DNA from: the human T2T-CHM13v2.0 reference genome, Homo sapiens
NCBI RefSeq assembly: GCF_009914755.1
Contig: NC_060930.1
DNA: 64,000 nucleotides
Direction: 5' to 3' (one strand)
The notes under the pieces are model-generated. The model saw nothing but the letters and a program-made list of their open reading frames with translations, did no database searches and was not told where the DNA came from. The position numbers and the translations under genes were made by a program. Below, piece after piece: positions 1-15,600 of the stretch (within the stretch, counting starts at the first letter, position 1; every line of letters starts with the position of its first letter).

Positions 1-94
1 CATTTCTGCTGGGGCCTTGCATTGAACAAACTCAACTGTAATCTAGAGAGCAGGGACTCCTGAGTGGCACATTCAGTGGGAGTCAGCTTCCTAG

Positions 95-407
<313 letters not shown>

Positions 408-1563
408 TTCCTAGGGAATCTTGTAGGAAAGACAAAGGTAGAGAATCTGTCTGATGGCGGAAGCAAATGAATGCCCATCACATGCACTTTCCTCCAACAG
501 AGCAACTCGGATGCTGTGAAACAATGCTAAGTCAGTCTCAGTGTCTGTTGCAGTAATATTGTACATACTGTAGGTCTTAATCATAGGAAATTACATGCCC
601 ATTGCCCTGTGCATGGACCGGAGCGCACTTATGGGGGGCCGGTAGTCCTCCTTTCAGACATCTTTTTTTTCTCTGCCCCAACAAGTGGCCTTTCCATAGA
701 AGACTGCCCAGAGAACCCTATGGCAACCCTACCCTCTTATTCCACTTTATTTTTCTTCAAAGTGTTTATTACTCCCTGTTGTTATGTTAGACTCTATATT
801 TCTGTATTTGCTGTCCTCCAACTTGAAAAGAACCTCTGAGAGGGGAGGGACTTTCCTGGTCACATTCACTTGTCCCAGCACCTGCGATGGTGCCTGACAT
901 ATCTCAGGGGCTCCTTAAATATTTATTGCTAGACAATGGGTATCATGGCTCAGCCTCCTCTGGGGTTACGAGGCTGGAGGAAAGAAACTTTAGCATGAGT
1001 GCAGTGAGAGTAAAAGAATTCAGCAGCTCTAATCAGGGAATGAATCTGGTGTGTAATAGGATCTCAAGGCTTGACTCCTAGTCTAAGACCATTTCTGGAG
1101 TTTGCTGACTTGATCCCCATCCTTCATCATTAGCACTTTGCAGGGAAGGAGCTGAGCGTGGATCTTGACTCTGAATTGGCTGGGACATGCAAAATCGGGG
1201 GCATGCTTGGTGTTGCCCAGGCTCAGCTCTGCCTAGACACACGTGAGGGCCAAGATCTGGTTTGTGTTTCATGAGCTCTCCCAGGATGAAGACCCAGCCA
1301 GGCTGTCTGAAGAAGGGGTGTTCTTGAGTAGGAGGGAAGGACTGCTCCAATACGAAAAATCTAACAATAGCATAGTCCTTAAGAGCTTGAGCTTTGAAGA
1401 GGGAGAACAGACCCATTTAAGGCATGAAAAATAAAGGAAACTCTTGAGTCCCTCCAAGGAAAATTCCAGCCACCTGGCTAGCCTCAAGAAGTAGATGAGC
1501 ACCCTGATAAGTAAGAAGGTAATAATAGCTTAAAACAATAGTCAAGAAAATTAGAGCCACAAA

Positions 1564-1682
1564 CTAATCTTAAATGACGAGTTAATGGGTGCAGCACACC
1601 AACATGGTACATGTATACATACGTAACAGACCTGCACGTTGTGCACATGTACCCTAAAACTTAAAGTATAATTAAAAAAAAA
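1564..1682 (+). mobile_element. 5'-truncated L1PA (PA4/5-like) 3' end
   Basis: L1PA terminal sequence ...gtgcacatgtaccctaaaacttaaagtataat plus polyA; TSD aagaaaattagagccacaaa at 1544-1563 and 1683-1702. Confidence 0.92.
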
Positions 1683-1934
1683 AAGAAAATTAGAGCCACA
1701 AAATGTTTGTTTCCCTATAGAAACTAGAGATAACATCTTAACATATGTCCCTGAGTTGTTTTGTAGAAACCCAGACCCCGCTAAATGGAAAATACCACCT
1801 GTTGGCTCGTAGATCTCAGATAAGGAGGAACTGAGGACTGAACACTCACAACTGTTCTTTGTTCTAAATTTCTTCTTGAGGGACCTGGAGGAGGTCACCC
1901 CCACAGGCCAGAGCAGAACATTCCTTTCTGCTGA

Positions 1935-2285
<351 letters not shown>

Positions 2286-2611
2286 TCAAATCAGAAAATC
2301 TTTGAATTCATCTAATGGTCACCTATCCTGTGGGCCCTCACTTTGAGATATTTTGCCTTTTTTGGCCAAACCAATATGTAGCCTCCATGTATTGTATGAC
2401 CTTGCCTGCAACCTCTGCCTTCCCACCTTTAAAAACCCTTACACATAAGCCATCAGGGAGATTAGGCCTTAAGGATTAGCTGCCTGATACTCCTTGCTTG
2501 CTGCCTGCAATAAATTCCTCAACTTCTGTCTCAGCAATGCCGATATCAGTGCTTGACTTTGATAGGCTGGGTGGGTGGACCCAAATTTGGTTTGGTGACC
2601 CTTTGAGCTTA

Positions 2612-2755
2612 GATTCAAAATTCTAGTTTTGTCACTCTGCAGTTTTGTGATCTTGAGCAAGTTACTTAACCTCTCTGAGCCTTGTTTGTCATGTGTAATG
2701 AAAAGAGCTATACTTACCTTGTGAGGTAGTCCTCAGGATTCAATGAGATAATAAG
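2612..2755 (+). mobile_element. MIR
   Basis: MIR core gcaagttacttaacctctctgagcct. Confidence 0.8.
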
Positions 2756-3916
2756 TACTCACTAAACAAAACTCGTTATTACAAAAGAATCACTTTGTCT
2801 CTGAAGTGGGCAATTCAACCCATTTCTAGGAGATTTTAAACATGATTTTAGATATTTGGTGTGATTTTGTGAATGGGTTTATCGTTAATAGCTTTCATGC
2901 TCCAGAATTTTCTTGAATAATAGGTTTTTGCAAAGTGCATTCCATGGAATACTCATTTGGGTGACGTTAATAGACATCACTCAAAAGCTGGGTGAATATT
3001 ACAATGTTTACTTCATCTGTAACAAGCTGAGTAGCTACAGTACATATCTAAGAGGGGGCTCTAATTCTCAATATTTTCCAAATTTATTAGATCACAGACT
3101 TTTCTTTTAGTGAAGTGCTTAATGAAACTTAAGTTCTGTGAAAAGTACTTTGAGAAATATTGCTTTAAAAAGAAAAAGATTGAGCCCTGTATCAGGGGAA
3201 ATATCTAATATTATATTAAACAAAAAAGTCCCACTGAAGAAAATCATCTTATTGTTCATAGACCTTAGTTTAGGTATTGGGGCCAAAGGATGGATGACCA
3301 TTTCAAACGATCCAGGCTAAGCCAGGAGGAGAGCTCAAAGTCTGATCTGGTGAGTAAGTTGTGAAGGGAATGTGATGAAAAAGTACACTTCTATTGCAAA
3401 GAAATCATGAGCTAGGTTTATACGCTATGCTGTGAATGGCCAATAGATTATAAATTCAACAGTCTCCCTGTCACAGCTATGGTAATGACGACTGTTTAGG
3501 CCTTAGGGGAGCTTTAGGGAGAGGCAATTTCATACTTAAGTCACACTGACTTAAAAAGTGAAATATTTGAAATCATTGTTGAAATCACGTGGAGGTCGTC
3601 AGCAAGCGGATGAGGTTGGAATGCCTATCATTTTCCTCAAGCTCATGTCCTCTCATTTTCTTATTTGAAAATCTATTTGGCTCAGAAAGGACACCTAGGG
3701 TTAGCCAAAAATCACCTCCTGATGTTCCTTTTAAAGGAAGCTTCCAAGTTATTTGAATAGCTTCCAAGTTATTCATCGAGAAACAAAGCAAATTCAAAGA
3801 TTATGTCCGTAGGCACAAACTGGATTTTAAGAAATCCTGGCTGCATAAACAATTGTCTTATAGAAAAGAATTTCTGTTCCTCTTTTCCCTCCCCTTGTCA
3901 ATCCTATTTGTTTCAG

Positions 3917-4085
3917 ACCTGGGTTCAAACACTAGCTGTAGAGGCTATAAGCTATTGGAAGCACATTTGAGCCTGAAATAAACTGAACCTCTTTTGCCTT
4001 GGTTTTCTCACTTGTAAATGGGGATTTTTGTGCCTACCTCAAAGGTACGTTGCAAGGATCGAGGGACAGAGCGTGCAGCAAGTGG
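3917..4085 (+). mobile_element. MIR fragment
   Basis: gacctgggttcaaa...ttttctcacttgtaaatgggga...cctacctca. Confidence 0.65.
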
Positions 4086-4734
4086 CCAATGAATAGAAGT
4101 CTGGTTTTCTGAGCATCCTTGCAGCTGCAGGCTTCAGTCTACCAGAGAATGTGAGGTGTTATTCTTCTAGGGCAGTGGTTAGAAAAGAAAATGAAAGTAG
4201 CAGTACTCTTTTCCTAATGCAACCATAGATGGATGATCAGAATTTGTAATCCATAAGGTAGAAGCTGCTGTGCCTGAAGAAATAGAAAGTGGGCAGAGGT
4301 GGAGGGGCAAGGTAGGGAGTGGAGTGGAAGGTAGGGAGAGTTTGATCCTAGCCTGCACTGCTCCTCAGAGGTACTTTAGCGTCTTTGGAACAGTATTAGA
4401 AAATCATGGTTCTATCAACTCATGTCTGAAAATCAATTGCTATTTCAGAGCAGGAGGTGACCAATCTTGGAAATAAGGAAGGGAGAGAGGCAGCCAAGCC
4501 AGCAGCTCCTAGGATTAGTCACTGCCTGGAGCCAGCTCTTGGAAGTTCCCCAGGAGCTGTCCAGTCTTATGTCATGTCTAGTCAGCAGAGTCCCAAAGAA
4601 GCTTGTCATTCTCTAGGCATTTGTGCTTACATTCTGATGGGCCTAATAGCAGGGAGATGACATGGAGCCCAGGCAGAACAGCTGAGATTTCTACTGGTCA
4701 TGACCTCCATCTTCTCCTTCACACCTTTCCTACC

Positions 4735-4855
4735 TTTCTTTTTCCATGCATTCAACAGACATTTATTACCCAATAAGTGCCAGGTAGTAAGCGAGGACCT
4801 GGGGAGAGCAGATGAGTAAGACACCGTCTCTGTCTCTCAGGAGCTCTCAGATTCT
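4735..4855 (-). mobile_element. L2 3' end fragment
   Basis: cattcaacagacatttatta...gtgccagg L2 tail motif. Confidence 0.65.
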
Positions 4856-5267
4856 TAGGGACACATGTACATCCTAATAAACACAGTGCATCTCATGAAT
4901 GTGTAAGTTTAAGTTATTGATATAGGCACACACAGACAGAGGGACTTCGTTCCCTGCAGGTTCTGTAGTATTTCGTGCCCACTCCCCTTTCTTCCCTTGC
5001 TGCTCACATCATCTTGCCTTCAAGGAATCTGGGGGGATGGTAGACTGAAAGTGGCCCTTTCTGCATAATTCTTCTTGAAAACAAACATTTGCTCTCTTCT
5101 TAGAGGCTGACTATACTGAGAGCTACCACTCCTTGGCTGCTTATTAGCCATTGGGTTATTGCTAAGCCCTTTACATATGTTATATCATTTAATTGTATTG
5201 AATCTTCACCATAACACTTCAATGGAAATATTTTTCCAAATAAGGAAAGGTGAGACTCAAAGTAGTT

Positions 5268-5448
5268 GTATTAGTCTGCATTGCTATGAAGAACTACCTG
5301 AAACCGGGTAACTTATAAAGAAAAGAGGTGGGCCGGGCGCGGTGGCTCATGCCTATAATCCTAGCACTTTGGGAGGCCGAGGTGGGCAGACCATGAGGTC
5401 GGGAGTTAGAGACCAGCCTGGCCAACATGGTGAAACCCCGTGTCTACT

Positions 5449-5488
<40 letters not shown>

Positions 5489-5610
5489 GTAATCCTAGCT
5501 ACTCAGGAGGCTGAGGCAGGAGGATTGCTTGAACCCTGGAGGTGGAGGTTGCATTGAGCCAAGATCACACCACTGCACTCCAGCCTGAGTGACAGAGCGA
5601 GACTCCATCT

Positions 5611-5652
<42 letters not shown>

Positions 5653-5708
5653 AAGATGTTTAATTGACTCTATGTTCCACAGGCCATACAGGAAGCATGG
5701 CTTGGGAG
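5268..5708 (-). mobile_element. MST/THE1-type MaLR LTR fragment interrupted by Alu
   Basis: tgtattagtc...aactacctgaaaccgggtaacttataaagaaaagaggt; resumes after the Alu with tttaattgactc... Confidence 0.75.
5332..5650 (+). mobile_element. Alu with (CA)n in place of the middle linker and a long polyA
   Basis: ggccgggcgcggtggctc start; (CA)~18 at 5451-5487; ~39 A tail. Confidence 0.93.
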
Positions 5709-5769
5709 CATGGCTGTACTCCAGCCTAGGCGACAGAGTGAGACTCTGTCTCAAAAAAAAAAAAAAAAA
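5709..5769 (+). mobile_element. Alu 3' fragment
   Basis: actccagcctaggcgacagagtgagactctgtctc plus polyA. Confidence 0.85.
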
Positions 5770-6300
5770 TCCCCATATCCCCATTCACTGTCCTTTTCTC
5801 TAGAAAATACCCCATTTCATGTAACTGTCTAAACAACGGTTTAAGGTCTACACAAGATTGTGAAGTGAACCTGCAGGATTAGGAGGGTAAGGATTCCCAC
5901 CTAGGTGGGCTCACTTGCTCTGCCATACCTGGGTAGGATCCCAGCCTGCTTCTGTGATTGTCAGGAGGCACCAAAAAGGCTACCCTAGGTTTTCTGTCAT
6001 TCGGCCCAAACATTTCCTCTGCTGGGCAAATGTGGAAAAGAGGCATTAAGCTGGTGCTCCCACAACTGAAAGGAAAGCAATTCTCTTTCTGTTGTGGTTC
6101 CTTCCTCTTTGGACTCTTTTCTTCCATTCCAGCCTATCCCCTTCTTGGAAAAGCTGTTCTACCAATAGCAGGGAAGAAACAGCACCGTGTACCTGATACG
6201 CTACCCTGGGCACAGGCGATCAGACCAGGGATAGACACCTGAACTGATCTGGGCAGATGCCCTCTTCTGGCCATTGAGAATTGACAGCATCAGACATCTA

Positions 6301-6746
<446 letters not shown>

Positions 6747-7751
6747 CTAACAAACCACCAAAGCTTTTTTTAACTCTCTAAGGGAAGGTACTTTTGTTTG
6801 ACTTACTATTTACTATTGATTAGGGCCCAGACTCTGCCAAGTTACATGTTAATTTTTGTCTGGTAGAGATACAAATGATTTTTGTCCTGTAAAAAGATTT
6901 TATTGCTCCACAGGACATTAATGAGTGAGGTTTCCAAATTAGCAAACTTATGTCAGCATGCTGTTTCTGATGGTCTATCCAAATCTTTCTCCTTCCAATT
7001 CTCTTTTCAAACAGCTTTACCATCCTCTGGTTCTTTCTTTTGTGAAGTAAACAGATCTTTATACACACTCCCTATAGACTTATATAAGAATCATGTTTTC
7101 ACTTTTTGAAAATGATGCTTTGACAATTCCACTGAACAGGCTGGGGAAAATTTTATGAGAATTGTTGGATCCTGCTCAGAAGCAAAAAGATAAAACCAGG
7201 CTATCCTCTATCATGGCTGATCTGGGGTTCATTCCCAGAAATGAGGGTCTTGGATCAGGGTCAAATATGTGGGTGGGGTGGGCTCAATTGCTGAGATACC
7301 CATCTCATGAGGAAGGATGGGACCCATATTATGGGAAACAAAACAGGAAGAATGAGAGTGAAAAGATTAATCCTTTCACTAAATTGGGAAAACAGGAGAA
7401 AGTGTTGTTGGATAAAGAAGGAACTTTAGCACAATGAGCAGAGACAAGACGGTAAATGTTCCTTATCCAGTAATCTCTGATGAAAGGCCAGTGCTCACAT
7501 CATTAGTAATGTCCAGAACTGATAATATCAGTAATAGCAATACTCACAATGTAAATAAGTAGCTCTCATGTTTTGATTGCCAATAGTGCTAGCAACCTTA
7601 CATGTATCACTCTTTACCCCAGCCCTGTTAATTGGTACTATGATGAAGAAAGAGACTCAAAGAAAATAAATGACTCACTCGCGTATTTTTACACAGCTAG
7701 AATTGCTACAGAAAGGATTAAAGCCAAGTCTATCCAAATCCACTGTCTATG

Positions 7752-7852
7752 TCCCTCCCTCCCTCCCTCCCTCCCTCCCTCCCTTCCTTCCTTCCTTGCT
7801 CCTTCCTTCCCTCCCTTTCTGCCTCCCTCCCTTTCTGCCTCCCTCCCTCCCT
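7752..7852. repeat. (CCCT/CCTT)n polypyrimidine tract at the tail of an L2
   Basis: Seen directly; followed by L2-like sequence to ~8010. Confidence 0.9.
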
Positions 7853-8584
7853 ATCTCAAACATCTATTGAGTGTCTACCATGTGCCAGGCACTGTGTCAG
7901 GCTCTTGGGATACAGCAATAAGCCAAGTCCTTGCTTTCAGGGAGTTTACATTCCAGTGAGAGGGTCACAGAAACAAATGTATCTCTATGGCAGCAAGTGC
8001 TATGAAGAAAATCAGCTTCATTTTTATTGTTTCATGCCCATCATGCAGGTTTCCCACAGTCCATCATCCCCACTCCACCCCCCACCCAATGTAGTGCTTT
8101 CCTCTGTCCTGGAGAATCGGAAAGACTTCACAGCAACATCTGCAGTCCCTTTGTTTCAGTGACTTTGGCACAGAGAAGTGGACACGGTGGCAGACAAAGC
8201 TGCTGGAAGCTGTCAGGCTACTGGCAGCCAAAAGCTTAATCACACATTCCAAAGGCAGTGTGTGTGTGATGTTGCATCTCTGGCCCTGGAAGGGAGATAG
8301 AGGTCACCTTCTTGGGAGTCAGAGTTGGCCCCTCAGCTCCCAGGGGTTCAGCTGAGCAGCTTCAGAGGGCTGACTGCAGAGACCAGGAAGGGGCCATTCA
8401 CTCTGATGGGAATTGGGAATCATTGATGCTCGAGCAGCAGCTGAGTTAAAATTCATGCTAAGAAATCAGCATTCACATGTGTACATATTTAAGTCAGGAT
8501 CTCAGTGAAGAGGGCATGACAGCAGTGAAAAGAGGTGCCAGACCTGAAGTAGGCTACCTTATGGTTGCTGCTTCACCTGTTGCT

Positions 8585-8586
<2 letters not shown>

Positions 8587-8618
<32 letters not shown>
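8587..8618. repeat. (CA)n microsatellite
   Basis: About 16 CA units. Confidence 0.95.
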
Positions 8619-8620
<2 letters not shown>

Positions 8621-9185
8621 TTCCAGAAGATAGTGGGACAGTAGCAATTTGAAGGCTCTGCCAGAAAAGCATTTGCTTAAAGTGTTGGGAATTTTTTGTT
8701 GGATTGTTGTTTCATTCATAGGGCTTCTAAATTTCACTTTTGCATTTTAACCATTTCAAGGAATTCCCCCTGATTTTGAGTGTGAATGGGTACAAAAGAC
8801 CAGGGGTTGTTAACCAAAAGCCTGGAACATTCAGGTGAACGGCTGTTCTGCAGGGAAGGAGGGAAACAGCAGGGTGAGATGGATGGTCAACCTTCAAAGG
8901 CCTTACACAGTCCCGGCCAGGATAATCTTCGCCTCTCCCTTCTGCTGGGGAAAAGTCTGGATTGCTAAGACCAGGGTCTCTATAGTGGCATCTCCAACAC
9001 TCAGGCCGAGCTTCATGGCTGGGTTCCTGTTTTTTCATTTGCTCATGCCCCTCAGTGGTATCATCTGACTCAGCTCCTTTCCCTCCTGTTGGGCCAGTAC
9101 TTACAGTGGGTCTCCTGATGAAGCTGAGGTCATGGGTTCATGAGCCCAATTATCACCATGCTGACCGCACCACTAACCTGGCTCC

Positions 9186-9362
9186 GTGTAGTTGCAAACT
9201 TGGCTGCACATTGGAATTCCTAGGGAGAGTTTTAAACATCCCAACGACCAGGCTGCAATGAAATAAGACCGATGAAATCAGGATCTCAGGGGTGGAATGG
9301 GACTGGTAATTTACAGAATCTCTCCAGCTGATTCCATATTCAGACAAGTTAGAGCACCAATG
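9186..9362. mobile_element. MER5-type hAT-Charlie DNA transposon relic
   Basis: caaacttggctgcacattggaat...aaatcaggatctcaggggtgg...ctccagctgattc. Confidence 0.65.
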
Positions 9363-10922
9363 CCCTCAGTCCTGAGAGTGAGGGCTGGTCTCATGAATCC
9401 ATTCACACAGATGGAAGTCCATCCTCACAGCGGTCAGGCCTCACACAACATCGGGCATGTTGGTAGGCATATGCCTAAGTTTCTGTGCAATGAATGAATG
9501 CCTTACTGGTGATGCATCAATAGCAAGGCATTCAGGGGAGAGAGTACCCTGCCTCAGTGCCTAGCATGAGACATACATCCAGGACCATGTTTTTATTCCC
9601 ATCTTATGGATGAGAAAACTGAGGTTCAGAAAGGGTAGGCAAAATCCCCTAGCTCACCTGGCTGGAAGGGGGCAGAACTTCCCTGTACGTGCTGAGAACA
9701 CCACTGTTCGAGCAGAGGGGAAACCTCTGCAAATTTCACTCTGTGTTCAGTGGGTGACTTGCCAAAATGACTTGCCAAAGCCCTTTAGGGCCAATAAATT
9801 AGAGTGTTTGCATCAAATTTCCATGCACAAGAGCCAACTCAAAACCTTAGATCCAATTCCATTGGTTCCCATAGCTCTGAAGTGGAGAGATGCTAGTAAT
9901 AAATCCTACAGGCTGATGGCAGGACTTTGATATATAATATTAACTCTGATCTTGGTGGTGGTCTGACTCAAGACAGAGGGAATATTAAAAGCAGTAGTAA
10001 TCCTTCTAAAAGTTCCATGCGCTTCTGCCCAGATATCCAGGGTTTCTGGCTGAATTAGCCTGCAGAAGCAATTGTGCAGATTAGGTGATGTTGAACCACG
10101 AGAAAGTGTCTTCCCACTTAGCAAATCAAGGGTCCATGGGATGGAGAGAAAGGAGGGAATAGAGTTTGTCACTTGGGCTGTACTGACCCCAGTGGTGATG
10201 TCTTCCCTTTGATGGGTGGTGTTGGGACAGCAAGGCAGTCATCATTTAGCCCACTAGTGCTAAGGTGGAAGGCATCCGCAGTGCATGGTCTGGCATCCCC
10301 AGGCAAAGACAAGAGGATGGGCCCTGCAGAGTGTTTTGGGTTAGAAACAAGCTGAGTGAACTGAGTGTTTCTTCAGGGAGCGCACTAAAGATGAGCCGAC
10401 AAATCCACGACAGTGGGGAGTGAGGTGAGGCAGGGACACAAATCCACAGCTGACTCACCCAGCACATTCCCACCTCCTCAGCATAGAAAACCACAGGGAC
10501 AAACTGACCAGAAGGCCATTCATCCATGGGTCTATCCCGTGCCTTGATCAGTCTTCCTAAATCCCACCTTTGCCAAAGTCACTCCAGTCTGTGAATTTTC
10601 CATGGCTTCCTGATGCATATGGAAAGACGTTCAGACTCCCAATCTGAGGTCCAATGCTCTCCAGAATTCCATCTTTCCCTACCTTCCTGGAATCATTTCC
10701 CATTGACTTGCCATCTACCTGGACAAGCTGGAATGGCTGCTTTGGCTGTCTTCTGAAAATGCCCTGAGGTGTCTCTGCCCCAGGCCTGTCTCCTGTGCCC
10801 CCAGAGCTGCCCAGGCCCCTGCTTCCTACAGAGACCAGCTCACAGTCTTCTTGTCAGTGGTCATCTAACAGTGGTCTTGTAAAAGCAGAGCAAGTTCCAA
10901 TCTTATTTATAGCATTCAGCAG

Positions 10923-11086
10923 TTTTTTTTTTTTTTTAGAGCTGGTGTCTTGCTCTGTTGCCCAAGTTTGAGTGCAATGGCTCAATCACAGCTTCACTGC
11001 AGCCTTGAACTCCTGGGCCCTAGTGATCCTCCTCTTTCAGCCTCCTGAGTAGCTGGGACCACAGGTATGCACCACCATGCCCACCT
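10923..11086 (-). mobile_element. Alu monomer (AluJ/FRAM-like)
   Basis: polyT followed by a single reverse monomer. Confidence 0.85.
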
Positions 11087-11235
11087 AAACACAGTCTACC
11101 TTTATGTGTGTGTGTCCATCCATCACCAGATGCTCACGGAAGGTAGGGCAGAAACATTTTGAAAAATAATTTTTACCTTTGAAGAGTAATCTTAATGATA
11201 ACCTAGCAGGTGCTCAGATACATCGGGTCGATTCA

Positions 11236-11692
11236 CTTCCTATGGCTGTGTAACAAATTACCACAAACTTGGTGATTTAGAGCAATGCCCATTTATTATC
11301 TCAGGGTTTCTATAGGTCAGAAGTTTGGGTGTTGCATGGCTGGATTGTCTGTTTAGGATCTCACAGGGTTGAGATCGGGGTAGCCAGGGTTGCTTCTCAT
11401 CTGGGGCTCCAAGTCCTCTTTGCAAGCTCACTGGTTGTCAGTAGAATTCAGTTCCTGTGGTTGTAGGACTGAGGTCCCCATATTCTTCTTGCTGTTTGTC
11501 AGTCTGGGGTGCTCCCAGCAACTCAAGGCCACTCTCAGGTTGTTGACACAGGGTGCCAACATCTATCTTCAAAACCAGTAGGAGGATTTCTCTTGCACTG
11601 AATCTCTTTTGCATCTCTGACATTCTCAGTCTCTGACCTCTAGATCCAGATTTAAAGGGTTCACTTGATTCTGTCAGACCCACTCAGGACAA
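11236..11692 (-). mobile_element. MLT1-family MaLR LTR
   Basis: gctgtgtaacaaattaccacaaacttggtg...ggtcagaagtttggg...ggttgtaggactgaggtcccc. Confidence 0.75.
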
Positions 11693-13246
11693 TTATTTTG
11701 TTGTGCGTCCCTTTTTCTGGGAAGTGGGTCTACCACTTCTATCACGTTCTTAAAAGGGTCTGGGAATGTTCACCCATCACAGACATCCACACCAGGCCAG
11801 TTAAGTCAGAACTGCTGGAGATTCCACATTCTCCTGGGCAGCCTGGGTGGAGAACCACCTATGTGGAAGGAACACTGGGCTCCAAAGATAAGGGGCCTTG
11901 CATTTTATTTCATTACCAGTGTCTATTGGCTCTGAGACCTTACAGAAATCACTCAACTTCTCAGGGCCTCATTTGCAAACACGGATGATAATAGTAAGCT
12001 CCATCTCTCACGGTTGTTAGGAGGATTAAAAGTGTATAAAGATGCTCTGCAAGCTCTGAAGTATTAGCCAACCGTCTAGTCAGTGTGAAGAGACACTGAA
12101 AAGTGAGGTGGGACACAGCATTTTAAGTGAAAAAGAAGGGAGAAGCTTATCTTTATCAAAGTTAAATATTAGATACTGAGTACTTTGTAAAGTCTGTTGC
12201 TGCTGGGGATCAGGCAAATTGTTATAACCTTCCTGGAAGGCAATTTCCCATAATTATCAGCAGTTTACAGAATATCCAAGCCATTTGACCCTAAGATAAT
12301 GTTTCTAGGGATTTCTCTTAAGGATTTAATCAAGGACACATACACAGATTATAGCAGTTCAAAATTGGAACCCATCTATTTAACAATAAGGGATTGTTTA
12401 ATTACACATGAAATATTATTTAAACGTGAACATTATATTGCCTTTAAATATTTGACATGGAAAGAAGCTTAAAACTCAGTCCTATTTCCTTATCAATGTT
12501 CTATCCACAAGGGGCAGGAGGTGTCACCTCCTTGGGAATCAGAGTTGGCCCCTCAGGTAGGTGTTTGGAGCTTCCTGGTAGGGGCTGGGGACAAAGTGTG
12601 GATGGGGCACCTGCTGGACCTGTGGCGAGATCATCAGGGGTTGCTATTGGTCTCAGCAAGGGAGTGAGGCTGACCAGTTCTCAGCTGCATTTCAGAGAAG
12701 GATGAAATGCCCTAATCAGAAGTCAGCTCCCCTCATGACCCTGGAGGGAATTCTGCCCACTCACAGACTCTTTCTTATTCTGGGCCTCTGCTGTTATCTG
12801 GGTCTAGCTCCCTGTCACAGTCAGTTTGGGGACTGATCCTCCAGGAAAGTCCTGGGACCTCTCGGCAGGCTGAATGCTTCTCCTTTGTGACTCCCCTGCC
12901 ATGGCGGTTGTGCCCCTTCTTACCTTCTACAGACATGACTTTTCATGGGCCTCTTCCTTTCTCCCCACCGGTAAATCACCACCCTTCAAAGGCAGGAACT
13001 GTCTCTATGTCATCTTAGTATCCTACGGGCCTGGCCCAGAGTAGATGCTCCAAAAAACTTGTCCTGAACTGAATGGGCGTGAAGCTGGGGCCTGTTGCAC
13101 TGTGTTGTTGTGGGGCGGGGTGACTTCCAACCACACTGGGAGCCATCTCCCTCTCTCATTCCGAGGGAAGAGTCCGCAGCACAGATGGGCGCAACCCAAT
13201 GTCAGGAGCTGACACTGTGATCAAAGAAAATCATTTCCATTGCTCC

Positions 13247-14316
<1,070 letters not shown>

Positions 14317-15600
14317 CTTGCAAGGGTGCCCCTGTGTTCCTCCACTCTCCATCCCCAAGCTGGGCTGGGATTTCTTGAGCCAGATGAGTTGAAGATGCTG
14401 CAAAGTTAAAATGGCCTTGCCTTCCTGCGCAGTCAGGTGGAGCACCCCCTTCCCTCATCTGGGCCTGCTGAGTAGGGTCTCACTGATCCCCGCACTGTGT
14501 GTCCCTTAGACCTTTCCTGAGACCCAGCCCTTCCCCCGGTGGAAGGGAGAATTATTTGAAAAGTGTGGGTTTTGGTGTCAGACAGACTGGGACCCAGGTC
14601 TAGGCTACTGAACCAGTGAGCTGTGTGGCTTTGTGCATGCTATTTAGACACTCTGAGTTTTAATTTCCTAATTTCTAATTGCCAGACAGGTTGGTTGGGA
14701 GGAACAGCTTAGATTGACCTATGAAAGCATTTGTAGACTCGGAAGTGTTCTCATGGCACTTTGGATGAAATCGTTCCTGCTGCTTCAAACTACTGTGTGA
14801 TGAGTTTCCAAAAATCATTGCCTGTGATCTGCAGGCTCGTTGTATGTCACAGATCACCAGATGTGCTTCCATTCCATGCTTGCTTCTGCAGTCCTGTTCT
14901 AAGCTCTGGCCTAATATTCTTCCCGCCCACGGAGCTCTTGCCACTGCCTCACCGCAGAGACTGGAACCCTGTCCTTTAACTCCCAGCTCAGAGTGTAGGG
15001 AAGTGTTTCTCAAAGTATTCTCTGTGTTATCTGCTTCCAAATTGCCTGGATATTGGTTAAAAACCAAACCTCTGGTTCCCCTTCCAGACTGAAGGATGAG
15101 AATTGGCTGTGGGAATGAGTGGGAATCTACGCTGTTGTGAAGTTCCCCACAGGGATCTCCTGCATCTTAAGGCTCAAAGGCCATGGACCTAGCCCCTGGA
15201 TACTGGGCATAGGCATCTCAGATGCTGTCTGTTTCTTCACTTCCCTGACTGGCCTGGGCTCTGGGGTTGGGCCCTTCTCATTTCTGGATTTGTGATACTT
15301 GTCTTGTATCCCCTTTTATCATAGTGTGCTTTTGCTTACAAGTGAACAAAAACCCAATCCAAAGTGATTTAAACAAAAAGAGCACTTATTGTAAAAGTTC
15401 AGAATAAACTGCCTTCAGGCATGGCTTGATCCAGGGGCGCACACTGTGTTACCAGGAGGCAGTTTCTCTCTGCCTCCTCACTTGGCTACATTTTTCTCTC
15501 ACTTGTGCATCCTGAGCCATTCACAGAGCTCAGGAGGATGAGTGTTCTGATGGAGCAGGGTATGCTGGTGGTTAGTGCCATCAAAAACAGAATGAGATAA

